64,000 bases of DNA from a virus, in the UHGV virus genome UHGV-0382128; one strand, given 5' to 3'. This document shows positions 19,081 through 28,864 of this stretch, piece after piece (positions within the stretch are counted from its first letter, which is position 1; each line of letters begins with the position of its first letter). The notes beneath the pieces are model-generated. The model was not told the DNA's origin. It worked only from the letters and a program-made list of their open reading frames with translations, and did not search any database. A program made the translations under genes and the position numbers.

Positions 19081-20594
19081 TCAAGCTCCTTATCCGTCAA
19101 TATTCGTTTGTTTGAATAATAGCCGCACCACAAACCATGATATTTTTCCCCGATATAAACCAACGCGTATTCGATATACTGCCGTTCTGGACGACGTACA
19201 GCCACGTAAAACCGCCCTTCCGGTTCTTTGATACGGTTGATTTCCGTACGCGTCGGTATGTCGATACCTCGAGTAAGGATAGCTTTAACCTTGTTTTTAC
19301 TACCAGGGATCTTGATGGTTACGTCAAAACCTTTATCTACGTTACGATAAATGTCTTTCTTCGGCTTACCTTTCTCATCGTAAAGTACGTCAGTAATGTC
19401 ATTCAACACTACTGAGTTTTTCCCTTCCATGGCATCGCGTAACCAACCTGCAAGCTCATCACGAATCGCAATACAACGATAAGATAATAGCGCAGGACGA
19501 AGAATTCGTGTAATCGAAAGATCTTCAAACATCCACAGGTTTTTGTCTTCACTAAAATGCATCCGATCGATAGGAATGCCGTTAGCAGCGGCTTCTGCGA
19601 ACTTCTTGCGCTTTACGAATAAGTTAAAAACAACGGCGATTGGATCAAATTGACGTAAACGGGGCACCCCTTCCCACGCTTTCGCAGAATGGGTATTTAC
19701 CAACTCGTATACGTTATCCCACGGTTCTTTGGTAAACATTACGCAGAATTGTGCATCTGGAATGTACTTACCAACGAAGACGATATCATCCTTCTGTTTT
19801 GCGTGGTTTCCACCGAACATGTAATAAAGTTTATTACCGTTAACTGTAACAGTGGGGTGAGGCTCGTTCACCATCGGGTAACAGAACTTCGTAACACAGA
19901 TATCGGGAAAAGTGGACAAATTGACACCCTCACCAACAACTTCCGGTTGCTGTTCTTCCTCAGGCAGTTCGTCTTTTGACCAATACGGTGTATAGTCTAA
20001 CCCCTCCCCTCGGGCAGAGATAATTGAGCCTTTCCGCGCTAACTCGTCTGCGCGTTCGTTTCCATAACGTCCAGAGTGGCCTTTAATTTTAAGGACACGA
20101 ACACCTTTCCCTTCTTTCTTTAAGCGCTGTTTAACCACCCACATCCGTTGGATTAATTCCAGATTCGCAATAGGTGTACCGTCCGCACGACGCCAACCAC
20201 GTGCTGCCCAACCATCAATCCAGTCGTTATACGTGTTGACAACGTAAGATGCGTCGATATAGATAACGTAGTTTTTGGCAACGAAGGGGGCGTGTTCGAA
20301 GACGGTCAGGAAAGCCACGAGTTCTGCAACGTCGGAGTGTGACATTTTTGGTACAGGAACAACTCCGTCAATAAACTCCACGGTTTCTGGTAAAGGCGGA
20401 AGTTTTTCATCTTTGTTTATCTGGCGGTATCCTGACGTCGTAATCCCCTCGGGAATAGTGGGATGGCGGTAAACCCGACCATCCTCAATCGCTTCACGAT
20501 TAAATAAGTATCCATGAATCCCCGCCCCTGTACCGAGCGGGGAGGTCAAATGGCTACCGTCCGTGTAAATTACTGCAACATCAACGTTCTTCAT
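19074..20594 (-). CDS. RNase HI domain protein fused to an approximately 310-aa C-terminal domain of unknown function
   Basis: N-terminal VIYTDGS...GAG, DVAEL, IDASYV, WAARGWRRADG, KIKGHSGRYGNERADELARKG match RNase HI catalytic motifs. Confidence 0.75.
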   Translation of the reverse strand: MKNVDVAVIYTDGSHLTSPLGTGAGIHGYLFNREAIEDGRVYRHPTIPEGITTSGYRQINKDEKLPPLPETVEFIDGVVPVPKMSHSDVAELVAFLTVFEHAPFVAKNYVIYIDASYVVNTYNDWIDGWAARGWRRADGTPIANLELIQRMWVVKQRLKKEGKGVRVLKIKGHSGRYGNERADELARKGSIISARGEGLDYTPYWSKDELPEEEQQPEVVGEGVNLSTFPDICVTKFCYPMVNEPHPTVTVNGNKLYYMFGGNHAKQKDDIVFVGKYIPDAQFCVMFTKEPWDNVYELVNTHSAKAWEGVPRLRQFDPIAVVFNLFVKRKKFAEAAANGIPIDRMHFSEDKNLWMFEDLSITRILRPALLSYRCIAIRDELAGWLRDAMEGKNSVVLNDITDVLYDEKGKPKKDIYRNVDKGFDVTIKIPGSKNKVKAILTRGIDIPTRTEINRIKEPEGRFYVAVRRPERQYIEYALVYIGEKYHGLWCGYYSNKRILTDKELEC

Positions 20595-20596
20595 TC

Positions 20597-21331
20597 TTAA
20601 TCCCTGGTTAATTGATCACGAATCTGCGGCGCAACATACTCGCCAGTTTTCAGTTCTTCGTGACAGGCTTTGGCGCGTTCAAACCCGTATTGGTGTGTGA
20701 CCAAAGCGAGGTGGTAAATACGTGCCGTGGTGTAGGCTTCTTTTGCTGCATCCCACATTGCGTGGTGCTCAAAAGCGGGCTTACCGCGTGTCCAATAAAC
20801 TTGCTCTACCGTTAAGTCGGGTTCGAAACCAAACGCAAAGGCTAAACGTTCTGCGGTGCGATCGCTATCCAGCGCACTAAATTTACGGAACTTCCCGGGC
20901 GGAATATCGCATTGTGCGAAAGCGTTCATGAAAATCGGCGCATCGAAGTCGGGACCGCGCATGGTAATAACAAACTCATGTTTTGCGGTGATCTCCCCGA
21001 GCCATTTTTGCATCGCCCACAGAGCATCAGGCAATGCTGTTGTTCCACCCCATGCTTCCGCATAGGCTTCACGAGACGGCGCGTATTCAGGTTCGCCTTT
21101 ACCTTCCCACCATCCCACCGTTTGTGGGTCTTCGTGGAAAATAGCTTTTGCTTTAGGGTCATTAGGATCGATACGGATGTATGAGGAACCAACCATTTTC
21201 AAGGTAGGGACGTCAAACGCCACTAAACCTGCACTCAACAGATAAGCGTCGGGACGTAACGATTTGGTTTCTGCATCGGCACCAATAACCAACGTCGGTG
21301 TGTACGGGGTGATAATTTTTGGGTAGGTCAT
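20597..21331 (-). CDS. DEDDh-type 3'-5' exonuclease candidate (244 aa)
   Basis: Exo I-like VIGADAETKS, Exo III-like HHAMWDAAKEAY; adjacent to the RNase H gene. Confidence 0.6.
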   Translation of the reverse strand: MTYPKIITPYTPTLVIGADAETKSLRPDAYLLSAGLVAFDVPTLKMVGSSYIRIDPNDPKAKAIFHEDPQTVGWWEGKGEPEYAPSREAYAEAWGGTTALPDALWAMQKWLGEITAKHEFVITMRGPDFDAPIFMNAFAQCDIPPGKFRKFSALDSDRTAERLAFAFGFEPDLTVEQVYWTRGKPAFEHHAMWDAAKEAYTTARIYHLALVTHQYGFERAKACHEELKTGEYVAPQIRDQLTRD

Positions 21332-21420
21332 GTTGAATTCTCCTGTTAGTCTACATTAAAATAGTCGTAAACGTTAAAAAGAAAGGCCCTCCTGTACCTC
21401 GAAGGGTACAGGAGGGAGTG

Positions 21421-21879
21421 TCAGTACAAACACGATGTCAAGTATTGGTTATACGAATCGAGCAGTGCCTGACGGTCGGAACGGTAATTCCACAACAAAT
21501 TATTGAGTTTACGCGATAAATCACGGCTAATCTCCTGGGCCGTTAAAGAGCTCTCATCAAGAAACATGCGCTCAGGTACAACGTGTAATTTCGGTAACTC
21601 ATAGCGTTCACAAAGTGGAGCCAACATTGGTGGACTCCAGCCACGTTTAGCGGCTTGCTGGTTTAAATTTCGTGTGTAGACATAAACGTAATAAGCATAG
21701 GTGTTGACATCTGCAACATACTCACGCATTGCATTCTTGTCAATTTTCCAATTCACCATTATTGGCGGTTCAGGAGGAAGTTCCAGTGGTCTATAAGCTG
21801 GACGTTTAACTTCGTCACCGTAGCTATTACTCACCAACCCCACGAACACTACCATGATGAATAATAGCATTTTCATCAA
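21421..21879 (-). CDS. secreted Pro-rich protein with Sec signal peptide
   Basis: N-terminus MMKMLLFIMVVFVGLVSNSYG then PLELPPEPP; no lipobox Cys. Confidence 0.5.
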   Translation of the reverse strand: MMKMLLFIMVVFVGLVSNSYGDEVKRPAYRPLELPPEPPIMVNWKIDKNAMREYVADVNTYAYYVYVYTRNLNQQAAKRGWSPPMLAPLCERYELPKLHVVPERMFLDESSLTAQEISRDLSRKLNNLLWNYRSDRQALLDSYNQYLTSCLY

Positions 21880-22383
21880 TCACTCCTTAGAAGACGATAG
21901 CGTCTTTATGATCTCCTGTCGAAAACTGTTCGCGTTTAAATTACCAACAGGTCTCGCCGAAGCCTCTTTACGTTGTTCTGGTGTTGAAGCCGGATTAACA
22001 GGAGTTTCTGGTTTTGCCGAGGACAGATCCTTCGTCGTACCGCTCGCTTTCGATGAATTAAACGTGCTTTCATATGGCGGTTTCTGGCCGAGGCAAACGA
22101 AGAGTCTGTCGTATAACTTATCATTATCTTCTTTTAGTTTATCTCGATCTTGTTTCATCTCTTGGTAAGACTGTGACATATAAGTGTCATGAGACTGCAC
22201 TGCAACGAGCGCGTGAAACTGTTGTACATAGGCGTAGGAGACGAAGCCAGAATACGACAACAAGATCGTGATGATTAAAGTCATTATCTTGCTTGCTCTT
22301 GATACGTTTTCTCCTTCTCCTGGTTTAAATGCTTCCATTAACATCTGAAGGAAGAACGGAAGCACTTTAAAAAATGAACCCAT
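21880..22383 (-). CDS. membrane-anchored coiled-coil protein
   Basis: TM helix IMTLIITILLSYSGFVSYAYV followed by charged coiled-coil; immediately upstream of the secreted Pro-rich protein. Confidence 0.5.
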   Translation of the reverse strand: MGSFFKVLPFFLQMLMEAFKPGEGENVSRASKIMTLIITILLSYSGFVSYAYVQQFHALVAVQSHDTYMSQSYQEMKQDRDKLKEDNDKLYDRLFVCLGQKPPYESTFNSSKASGTTKDLSSAKPETPVNPASTPEQRKEASARPVGNLNANSFRQEIIKTLSSSKE

Positions 22384-22408
22384 TGCTCACCTCGGAGTAT
22401 TTTTAATT

Positions 22409-23782
22409 ATGTTAGACTTACAAGGTTTTATTCAGATACCGGCACTGTTTGACAATCAGGACGGCGTCACCGCTCCGGTGGGCGAGCTGTCGGATTTGAC
22501 ACTCTCGTACGCGAAGAGTAAACAGACGTTTACCAAAACCAATTTGCAAGTTCAATTGGTGACTTTTACGTCTAAACGAGAAAAACAGACGGTTGTTGTA
22601 CCAGCCGAATTTTCTGATCATATTCTAACCGTTTCTCAATGGATATACCAGCAAGCCATCTTGGGGAATCTGAGAAATGACGAACTTGAATTCCAGCGCC
22701 TGTTACTAGGACAATTCCAATCAACCATTTCTGGCGTTCAGTCCGGTGCGATGATTCAGACGAACAGTAATTGGTTCCCACGCTGGGTGAGCTGGAAATA
22801 TGAAGCAACAGCAGATCAAGTACAAGATGACACTGATGTAGATAATCAGATCATTGTTTGGTTCTCGGATGAAGACTTCGATCAAGATTACACAGGGTTC
22901 GAAATCGAAGTGCAGATGCCGATTTCACCAATCGACACATTTTTGTCGACCAAGTCAGTCGTTGAAAAGGCGATGGAAGGGTTTAACCTTACCGAACACC
23001 ATAAGAAAATCAATGAGTTAATGGCAGGATTTCCTTACACCGCTATCCAAACCAACTACTATACTTGGCACGATAAAGAAAACTACGAGTCCACCCTAGT
23101 TGTCCCAATGTCGGTTATTATTTACGGCCGCGCGGGAAAAAACCCAACGAAAATAAAGCAAGCATTGCGAGAACATATTCTTGCCAATTCTAGCTTTACT
23201 GTCCCCGTCGGGGTAAAGGTATTTCCTGAAATTTTCACTACCACGAAATTTACAATTGTTCCTGGATGGAAAATTCGTGGAATACCTAATGAGGAAGACG
23301 TAGCGGCGCTTTATTCCCCTATCCTTCCATATGATTTCTGGGTCAAAGCTATCAGTCGGTTTGGAGAATGGGCAGACCTGACGGTAGCGGAAAGAAATAC
23401 TAAAACGATCAGTAAGCCTACGACAGATGTAACTGACTTACCAACCGTTTATAAATCATTAAACTGTGTTGTAATCAGTGGGCCGGAAAATGATACGCGG
23501 AAAGCGACCTTACACGAAACTATCCCGGATTATGCGTTAATTGCGACGACTAACCCTGATATTGCGCGTATGTCGAAAACAACGACCGAATGGTTGGCGT
23601 TATTCTTCCAGGCACTTATTGCTGCGGAAGAATACCACCCGTATCAAACCAGCTTAGATGTTGTAAAACTGGTCGATGAGGCTGACCCTGATAACTACTT
23701 CTGGGTGTTTGAATACGACAACGTAGAATATCGTATCCTGTCTCGGAAAGCGAAATGGTACACCGAGTTAGACGAGGAGTAA
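22409..23782 (+). CDS. hypothetical protein (457 aa)
   Basis: ORF track; divergent from the 21880..22383 gene. Confidence 0.6.
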   Translation: MLDLQGFIQIPALFDNQDGVTAPVGELSDLTLSYAKSKQTFTKTNLQVQLVTFTSKREKQTVVVPAEFSDHILTVSQWIYQQAILGNLRNDELEFQRLLLGQFQSTISGVQSGAMIQTNSNWFPRWVSWKYEATADQVQDDTDVDNQIIVWFSDEDFDQDYTGFEIEVQMPISPIDTFLSTKSVVEKAMEGFNLTEHHKKINELMAGFPYTAIQTNYYTWHDKENYESTLVVPMSVIIYGRAGKNPTKIKQALREHILANSSFTVPVGVKVFPEIFTTTKFTIVPGWKIRGIPNEEDVAALYSPILPYDFWVKAISRFGEWADLTVAERNTKTISKPTTDVTDLPTVYKSLNCVVISGPENDTRKATLHETIPDYALIATTNPDIARMSKTTTEWLALFFQALIAAEEYHPYQTSLDVVKLVDEADPDNYFWVFEYDNVEYRILSRKAKWYTELDEE

Positions 23783-23785
23783 TGA

Positions 23786-24409
23786 ATGGCTACGCGTTTA
23801 CCACTCCAGGTACCAGTCAACACCACGGGACTGTTTAAAGTAAAAACACCATTTACTTTGGCCGAGACCGTCATTTATACGGTAGAAGCGTCACGTACCT
23901 TCCCAGATTTAGTACGTCAGAATATTGACGTTTATAACTCGTATTACCAGCCAGTAGGGCTAGGACGTGAAGAATATTTAGCAGATGCGAATGTTAGCGC
24001 GTCGATTCTGACATTTAAATCTCGTGATGGTCAAGTTGTATACATACCTGACACCTACCTGGAATCATACCCAGGTTTATCCGGGATCACGTATCAACGA
24101 AATGTGTTAGTGGTAGATTTGGCACTGGTACCGGATTACGTGAAAGTGTCGTCTATAACAAAAGACGTTTCAGATATTCTCACGCATACACTAGGGATTG
24201 AGCCGAAAGTTGAAATTACAACGCTCGAGTATGAGGGGAAGGTAACGGAGGAACAACACTTGCAGATGGAAGCGGCACGAAAAAATAAAATTCGTGAATC
24301 TATTCCATTAGGTGAGAAAGTTGCTGCGTTGACAGAAGAGAACAAAAAATTAAAAGAGTTAAACAACCAAATGTTAGAGATTCTTAAAGCTAACGGGTTA
24401 GTTAACTAA
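23786..24409 (+). CDS. hypothetical protein (207 aa) with C-terminal coiled-coil
   Basis: ORF track; 3-nt spacing from upstream gene. Confidence 0.55.
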   Translation: MATRLPLQVPVNTTGLFKVKTPFTLAETVIYTVEASRTFPDLVRQNIDVYNSYYQPVGLGREEYLADANVSASILTFKSRDGQVVYIPDTYLESYPGLSGITYQRNVLVVDLALVPDYVKVSSITKDVSDILTHTLGIEPKVEITTLEYEGKVTEEQHLQMEAARKNKIRESIPLGEKVAALTEENKKLKELNNQMLEILKANGLVN

Positions 24410-24418
24410 AAAAGATTA

Positions 24419-24440
24419 CCCTACTCCTTCGGGAGTAGGG
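24419..24440. terminator. bidirectional rho-independent terminator (CCCTACTCC family)
   Basis: hairpin ccctactcc-ttcg-ggagtaggg between convergent genes, A-run upstream and T-run downstream. Confidence 0.6.
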
Positions 24441-24451
24441 TAGCTTTTATT

Positions 24452-25000
24452 TTAAATGTCAACTTCTAGTTTACGGTAATCGATGACACCTTGAGCAATC
24501 ATAGCAGCAACATCGTTCCAAGTACGAAAAATGAAGTAAACTGTGTCTCCGTTTAAAAAGATGTTAGATTCTTTATCCGGGAAATCGTCTTCACTGAGGT
24601 AGTAGTAGGGTTTGTCGAATGGGAAGTCGCGCTCATCAGAGGAACCAAGTACCGCATAACGATTGCCACAATCAAACAGAATCTTCCAACCAGACATTTC
24701 ACTATTAGCGTCAATACGATCGACGATTTCAACGGTAATAGGAGAATGATCAAGAAAACTGATTGTAATATCTCCGTTATAACGCTTGAATCGCCAAATA
24801 TCTGTAGGTACGATTTCAGATGCCGCTATAAGGGAATAAAGTTGTGTTGATGTGATCTTTTTGTAAACGTTAGTTCCATCTCCAAAATGGTTATATAAGA
24901 AATTAGCCAGGAAATTTATATCCTTTAAACGTGTGCGGAAAACAGAACCACGACGAATACCGTAAGCCAGATGAGTTAAATATTCAGATGATGGAAACAT
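24452..25000 (-). CDS. hypothetical protein (182 aa), N-terminal paralogue of 25062..26006
   Basis: ORF track; N-termini MFPSSEYLTHLAYGIRR / MTFPSEVIYTLANIFRR align. Confidence 0.5.
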   Translation of the reverse strand: MFPSSEYLTHLAYGIRRGSVFRTRLKDINFLANFLYNHFGDGTNVYKKITSTQLYSLIAASEIVPTDIWRFKRYNGDITISFLDHSPITVEIVDRIDANSEMSGWKILFDCGNRYAVLGSSDERDFPFDKPYYYLSEDDFPDKESNIFLNGDTVYFIFRTWNDVAAMIAQGVIDYRKLEVDI

Positions 25001-25031
25001 TTTAATACTCCTAAGATGGAAAAAGAATTAA

Positions 25032-25053
25032 CCCTACTCCCGGAGGAGTAGGG
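25032..25053 (-). terminator. rho-independent terminator (CCCTACTCC family)
   Basis: hairpin ccctactcc-cgga-ggagtaggg with T-rich run on minus strand. Confidence 0.5.
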
Positions 25054-25061
25054 GACTTAAA

Positions 25062-26006
25062 TTATTTTTTGGTTTGGCCCAGCTTTTCAAGAACCAGTTC
25101 ACGAATGTACTTTTGAGTACGTTTCTTCGGCGGTAAAGCCATAAGGGTGTCAACGATTTCCTGGCCGCTGATAACCTTGCTGACGAGTTGCTGAACTTGG
25201 AAGAGTTCTGCTTCTTCGTCGCTAATTTCGTTAGCTTGGTCTTTCTGACACAACGCTTCTACCAGATCAGCTACGGATATTTCATTTTCGTCACCGGGGA
25301 AATCCAGGTTTAACGATTCGAAAACATCACGTTTAACGAGTACAGATTTCAGATCATCGTAGTTTTCACAAACGGCGACTTCTGTACCAGGTACCGTCGG
25401 TTCATTGTACTCAGCAAACAAATCTTCCATTACTTTCTGATCGTGCTCTACTTTCAAAGCGTGGAAGGTGTTGGAAGCCTTGGTTAAGACGTAACCAATT
25501 TGCTGCCAGCTACTCAGAATGAAGCAAAGCGTTTTTCCAGTTAGACCGATATTGCCCTGACGTGCGTCAAAAAAGATTTCTTCGGTGCGAGAAATCTGAC
25601 CCAGTTCGAAAAAGGTTTCTTTTTTGGCCGCGACGACTTCATACCGATTCTTACCCTGTTCTACAACAATTAACCAGTTACCAAGAATTTCGTGTTGGTA
25701 GTTTGATAGGGAGAGAGACTCGTTACCCACGAGTGGTTTAATGTCAATGGACGCCCGGCGCATACCCATTGAGAAGTTGAACTTAACCCCATTGTTATAC
25801 GCTGAGGCGTACTCGATCGGGATAATTTCTGAGACACGTTCAATATCCATAATTGTTTCCTGCGTAACACATGCAGGATCGGTACCAATTAGGTAATTAA
25901 ACAGAAAGTCGGCTGTAACGTCTGCCGATTTCCGAAAGATTGGGAAATTATGGCTGCGGCGGAAAATATTAGCCAGTGTATAGATTACTTCAGATGGAAA
26001 AGTCAT
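25062..26006 (-). CDS. hypothetical protein (314 aa) with acidic C-terminal extension
   Basis: ORF track. Confidence 0.55.
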   Translation of the reverse strand: MTFPSEVIYTLANIFRRSHNFPIFRKSADVTADFLFNYLIGTDPACVTQETIMDIERVSEIIPIEYASAYNNGVKFNFSMGMRRASIDIKPLVGNESLSLSNYQHEILGNWLIVVEQGKNRYEVVAAKKETFFELGQISRTEEIFFDARQGNIGLTGKTLCFILSSWQQIGYVLTKASNTFHALKVEHDQKVMEDLFAEYNEPTVPGTEVAVCENYDDLKSVLVKRDVFESLNLDFPGDENEISVADLVEALCQKDQANEISDEEAELFQVQQLVSKVISGQEIVDTLMALPPKKRTQKYIRELVLEKLGQTKK

Positions 26007-26059
26007 TTTAATAGTCCTCTTTTAGGTTTGTTCAAATCAACTAAGGGTTATGTAAAAAG

Positions 26060-26539
26060 TTAAAATAAAGGCAAGTTACGCCATTGTCCTACCGAGTAAA
26101 AAGCTTTTGGATGTTTACGGATATACGCTTTCGCTTCTTCTGGCAACCAACGGTCACCTACCAGTTTTTGTTGTGCAACAATTACTGCCATCAACAAATA
26201 CGGGTTTTTCGCACCGGGAAACTTTGCATTGGTTTCTAGCGCAATATCCAACATTGACGACCAGCCCAGTAATTTATGTTGCGCCGGTAAACGTTCTTCA
26301 ATATACATCAGCCACTTCATGATTTGTTTAGGCTTATACGGACAGGTATAATTCGCCCAACAGACCATGACGAACTTAATAGCCTTCGCAATCACCCATA
26401 CAGGGACAGTCACGAAAAGGCAGAAAATAGCCAACTGCGAGGCGGGCGCTTCGACAAAAGTAACCGCTACAAGAACCATACACAGTTCAAGTACCACAAA
26501 CCAAAAACGTGTCGGATAACGCCAAATGAATTTTATCAT
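26060..26539 (-). CDS. membrane protein with two N-terminal TM helices (holin-like candidate)
   Basis: FWFVVLELCMVLVAVTFV and LAIFCLFVTVPVWVIAKAI hydrophobic segments; about 600 nt from the lytic transglycosylase. Confidence 0.45.
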   Translation of the reverse strand: MIKFIWRYPTRFWFVVLELCMVLVAVTFVEAPASQLAIFCLFVTVPVWVIAKAIKFVMVCWANYTCPYKPKQIMKWLMYIEERLPAQHKLLGWSSMLDIALETNAKFPGAKNPYLLMAVIVAQQKLVGDRWLPEEAKAYIRKHPKAFYSVGQWRNLPLF

Positions 26540-26572
26540 AACTCTGCTCCTTTAGGGAATGAAAATAAAAGT

Positions 26573-26600
26573 ACCCCTTACTCCGTATAGGGTAAGGGGT
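26573..26600 (-). terminator. rho-independent terminator
   Basis: hairpin accccttac..gtaaggggt preceded on plus strand by A-rich run. Confidence 0.45.
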
Positions 26601-26605
26601 AGAGG

Positions 26606-27115
26606 TTAGAAGAACGGCTGGTTTGGAATGACAGCGTACTCTAAAATGAACATGTGTTCTGGGGCGTCTTCTTTACGCCAGACTTTGTGTGTCGACACAA
26701 GTTTTTCCAGAATCGTTAAGAAACTGCGCTGGCAGTATGTGTTTTCACCAAGCAGTAGATTTTGAAGTTCTACAGTAGCGTCCATATACGCCTGTTTAAA
26801 GACTAAATTACGGTTATACTGCCCGGTAAAATTCCAAAGCAAGACTTTCCCTTCTTCGGTTTCTTTTACCGTTGGTCGTAAACCACAAATCCACAGTAAG
26901 GCAAGGTTGACGTTCCAGTCAAACTCTAAACCTTCTTCTTCGTCATCACCGAATGCTGTGGGTAAAGCATCGTAAAATTCGTGTTTCTCTGCGAATTCTT
27001 CATCCGACTTAATCTCGTCTTCGATACTGCTTCGGACGATACTGTAAACGTCTTTCGCGGTCAATTGTGCGGCTTTTGTAATGCCTTTATACCAATCGGT
27101 TACTACGATGCTCAA
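26606..27115 (-). CDS. hypothetical protein (169 aa)
   Basis: ORF track; ATGA overlap with upstream gene. Confidence 0.5.
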   Translation of the reverse strand: MSIVVTDWYKGITKAAQLTAKDVYSIVRSSIEDEIKSDEEFAEKHEFYDALPTAFGDDEEEGLEFDWNVNLALLWICGLRPTVKETEEGKVLLWNFTGQYNRNLVFKQAYMDATVELQNLLLGENTYCQRSFLTILEKLVSTHKVWRKEDAPEHMFILEYAVIPNQPFF

Positions 27116-27810
27116 AGGGTAACTCCTCTATTGATTGGAAAACTCGTGTTTATCGTATCCCAAATTCTACTAACTTCCGCCAGTTGAATCTGACGTGGTG
27201 TTTTCTTCGCAAACGCAAGCTGACGTGGGGCCGAGCCCACAACAACAGGCACATCGATTTTCGCGCTATAGAACGCGGCGTCTTTCATAAAGCCTGCCAT
27301 TTCTCGTTGTGCTGCTCGAGATTTGCTTTTGATTCGCGTGTGAGCGCCACTTTCACCCCAGTGGTAAGCTAACGCAATTTCAGCCATGGTGGGCTTGCGT
27401 TTGAGTCGTTTGGTTAACCCCCTCTCAAGATGTTTAACATACGCGGCAGCCAGCAAAACAGCATTACGCGGATTATATAAATCGGCGTTCTGACTAAGAC
27501 CTAATTCTTTTCCATAAAGCCTTAGCAGATTACGCTTGGTACTTGGAAGCATCTGTACCAGGCTGTGTGCTCGTGAGCTTTTGTTGTAAGCCTTGGGATC
27601 AAAACGTGATTCGCGATAAATCAGCGTAATCATCAGCTTAGGATCAACGCCTTGCTTTCGTGAGATTTCCACAATTAACGGGCTGACTTTTTCGAACCGA
27701 TGTTGGATTTGTGCAAACTCACGCTGATGCTTAGAATGTGGCGTTGACGTTGACGCCTGTGCGTTAAACGCGAAAAGTGTTACCAGTAAAAGAAAGAAGA
27801 TACGAAACAT
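27112..27810 (-). CDS. lytic transglycosylase (SLT domain) with Sec signal peptide; candidate endolysin
   Basis: start moved to MFRIFFLLLVTLFAFNAQAS (GGAG SD upstream); SLT catalytic region YRESRFDPKAYNKSSRAHSLVQMLPST. Confidence 0.7.
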   Translation of the reverse strand: MFRIFFLLLVTLFAFNAQASTSTPHSKHQREFAQIQHRFEKVSPLIVEISRKQGVDPKLMITLIYRESRFDPKAYNKSSRAHSLVQMLPSTKRNLLRLYGKELGLSQNADLYNPRNAVLLAAAYVKHLERGLTKRLKRKPTMAEIALAYHWGESGAHTRIKSKSRAAQREMAGFMKDAAFYSAKIDVPVVVGSAPRQLAFAKKTPRQIQLAEVSRIWDTINTSFPINRGVTL

Positions 27811-27910
27811 TTTGTTTCTCCAGTTGGATTTATACATTTCCGTATTCCGTAAGACGAAATGACGGCGCGGACAGCTAATACTCCTTTGTTGTGTGCCCTA
27901 ATGATAATAT

Positions 27911-28471
27911 CTATTTAAAAGAGTTTGGAATTAATGACTCTGCTTCTTGGTACAACTTATCAGGTAAGTATAACGTGTAGCACTGCCTCCTCGGTTCAAG
28001 TTTTTTGTAAAGCCACAAAAAGATTTCTTGTCTTTCCCAGGAATCTAACCACCCATTTGCCATTCCCAGTGGAGGGATAGCAACGCTGGTATTCAGATCC
28101 TCAGCACAGTCTGCTAGTGCGCTAATGCCCGCAGTAACATAAGAAACCTGTGACTTTAAACGCCAATGGGTTTTCGTGGGGAGCAAGATACACTTTTCAT
28201 CAGAGTAAACGTAAACGCTTCCAATCTTAATTTCGTCTTCACGACACCGCTTACGATAATCCTGATAAAGGTTGGGGTAGCGTTCACGGCACGCCAGTGC
28301 AATACCGCGACCCATCGCTCCTACGCAGTTAATGGTAACGACTTTATAGTCTTCGGGTGCATTAAAAAGATCGTTACCAATTTCAGATTCTTTACGTACC
28401 GTTAACATAACGAAACGTCCGGAGTTGGTGTGTAGTATTAAAACGTGTACCGCCGATTGATAGCTCGACAA
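27911..28471 (-). CDS. macro-domain-like protein (186 aa)
   Basis: VVTINCVGAMGRGIALA and SVAIPPLGMANGW resemble macro-domain VVNAAN..GGGV..AI and SIAFPAISTGVYG motifs. Confidence 0.45.
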   Translation of the reverse strand: MSSYQSAVHVLILHTNSGRFVMLTVRKESEIGNDLFNAPEDYKVVTINCVGAMGRGIALACRERYPNLYQDYRKRCREDEIKIGSVYVYSDEKCILLPTKTHWRLKSQVSYVTAGISALADCAEDLNTSVAIPPLGMANGWLDSWERQEIFLWLYKKLEPRRQCYTLYLPDKLYQEAESLIPNSFK

Positions 28472-28495
28472 GTATAGCGATATATGTTTTACCCA

Positions 28496-28864
28496 TTATC
28501 GATTTTTCGTAATCCATTGCTTGACCGCCGCTTCTAAACCTTCGTGTTGTAAGCCCAGGCGTTGCATAGTCAGTGCCAGGTTGAGCGTGTGTACAACCTG
28601 TTCACGGAACTGATGATCGTTCATACGGTCCCAGACCTTCTCTACTGAAATGTTGTGTTTCCAGAGCAAATAAGCTTCGCGACACGATGCGCGACGAACC
28701 AAGCTGGGTTTAACAAAAGGCAACTCGATTTCAGGCAAGTAACCTAAAAGCTTAACTAGCGGCGTTACTTGCGTCTTACCGAAGTCACCGCACTGATAAC
28801 AAATTTGCAGAATATCAATTTCATTCAACGGTATACCGTAAATTGATGGGTTCTCTGTGAACAT
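28496..28864 (-). CDS. hypothetical protein (122 aa)
   Basis: ORF track. Confidence 0.45.
   Translation of the reverse strand: MFTENPSIYGIPLNEIDILQICYQCGDFGKTQVTPLVKLLGYLPEIELPFVKPSLVRRASCREAYLLWKHNISVEKVWDRMNDHQFREQVVHTLNLALTMQRLGLQHEGLEAAVKQWITKNR

Noticed and set aside
21421-21879. Outer-membrane lipoprotein o-spanin
   Set aside because: Signal peptide lacks a lipobox cysteine; kept only as a spanin-like candidate.
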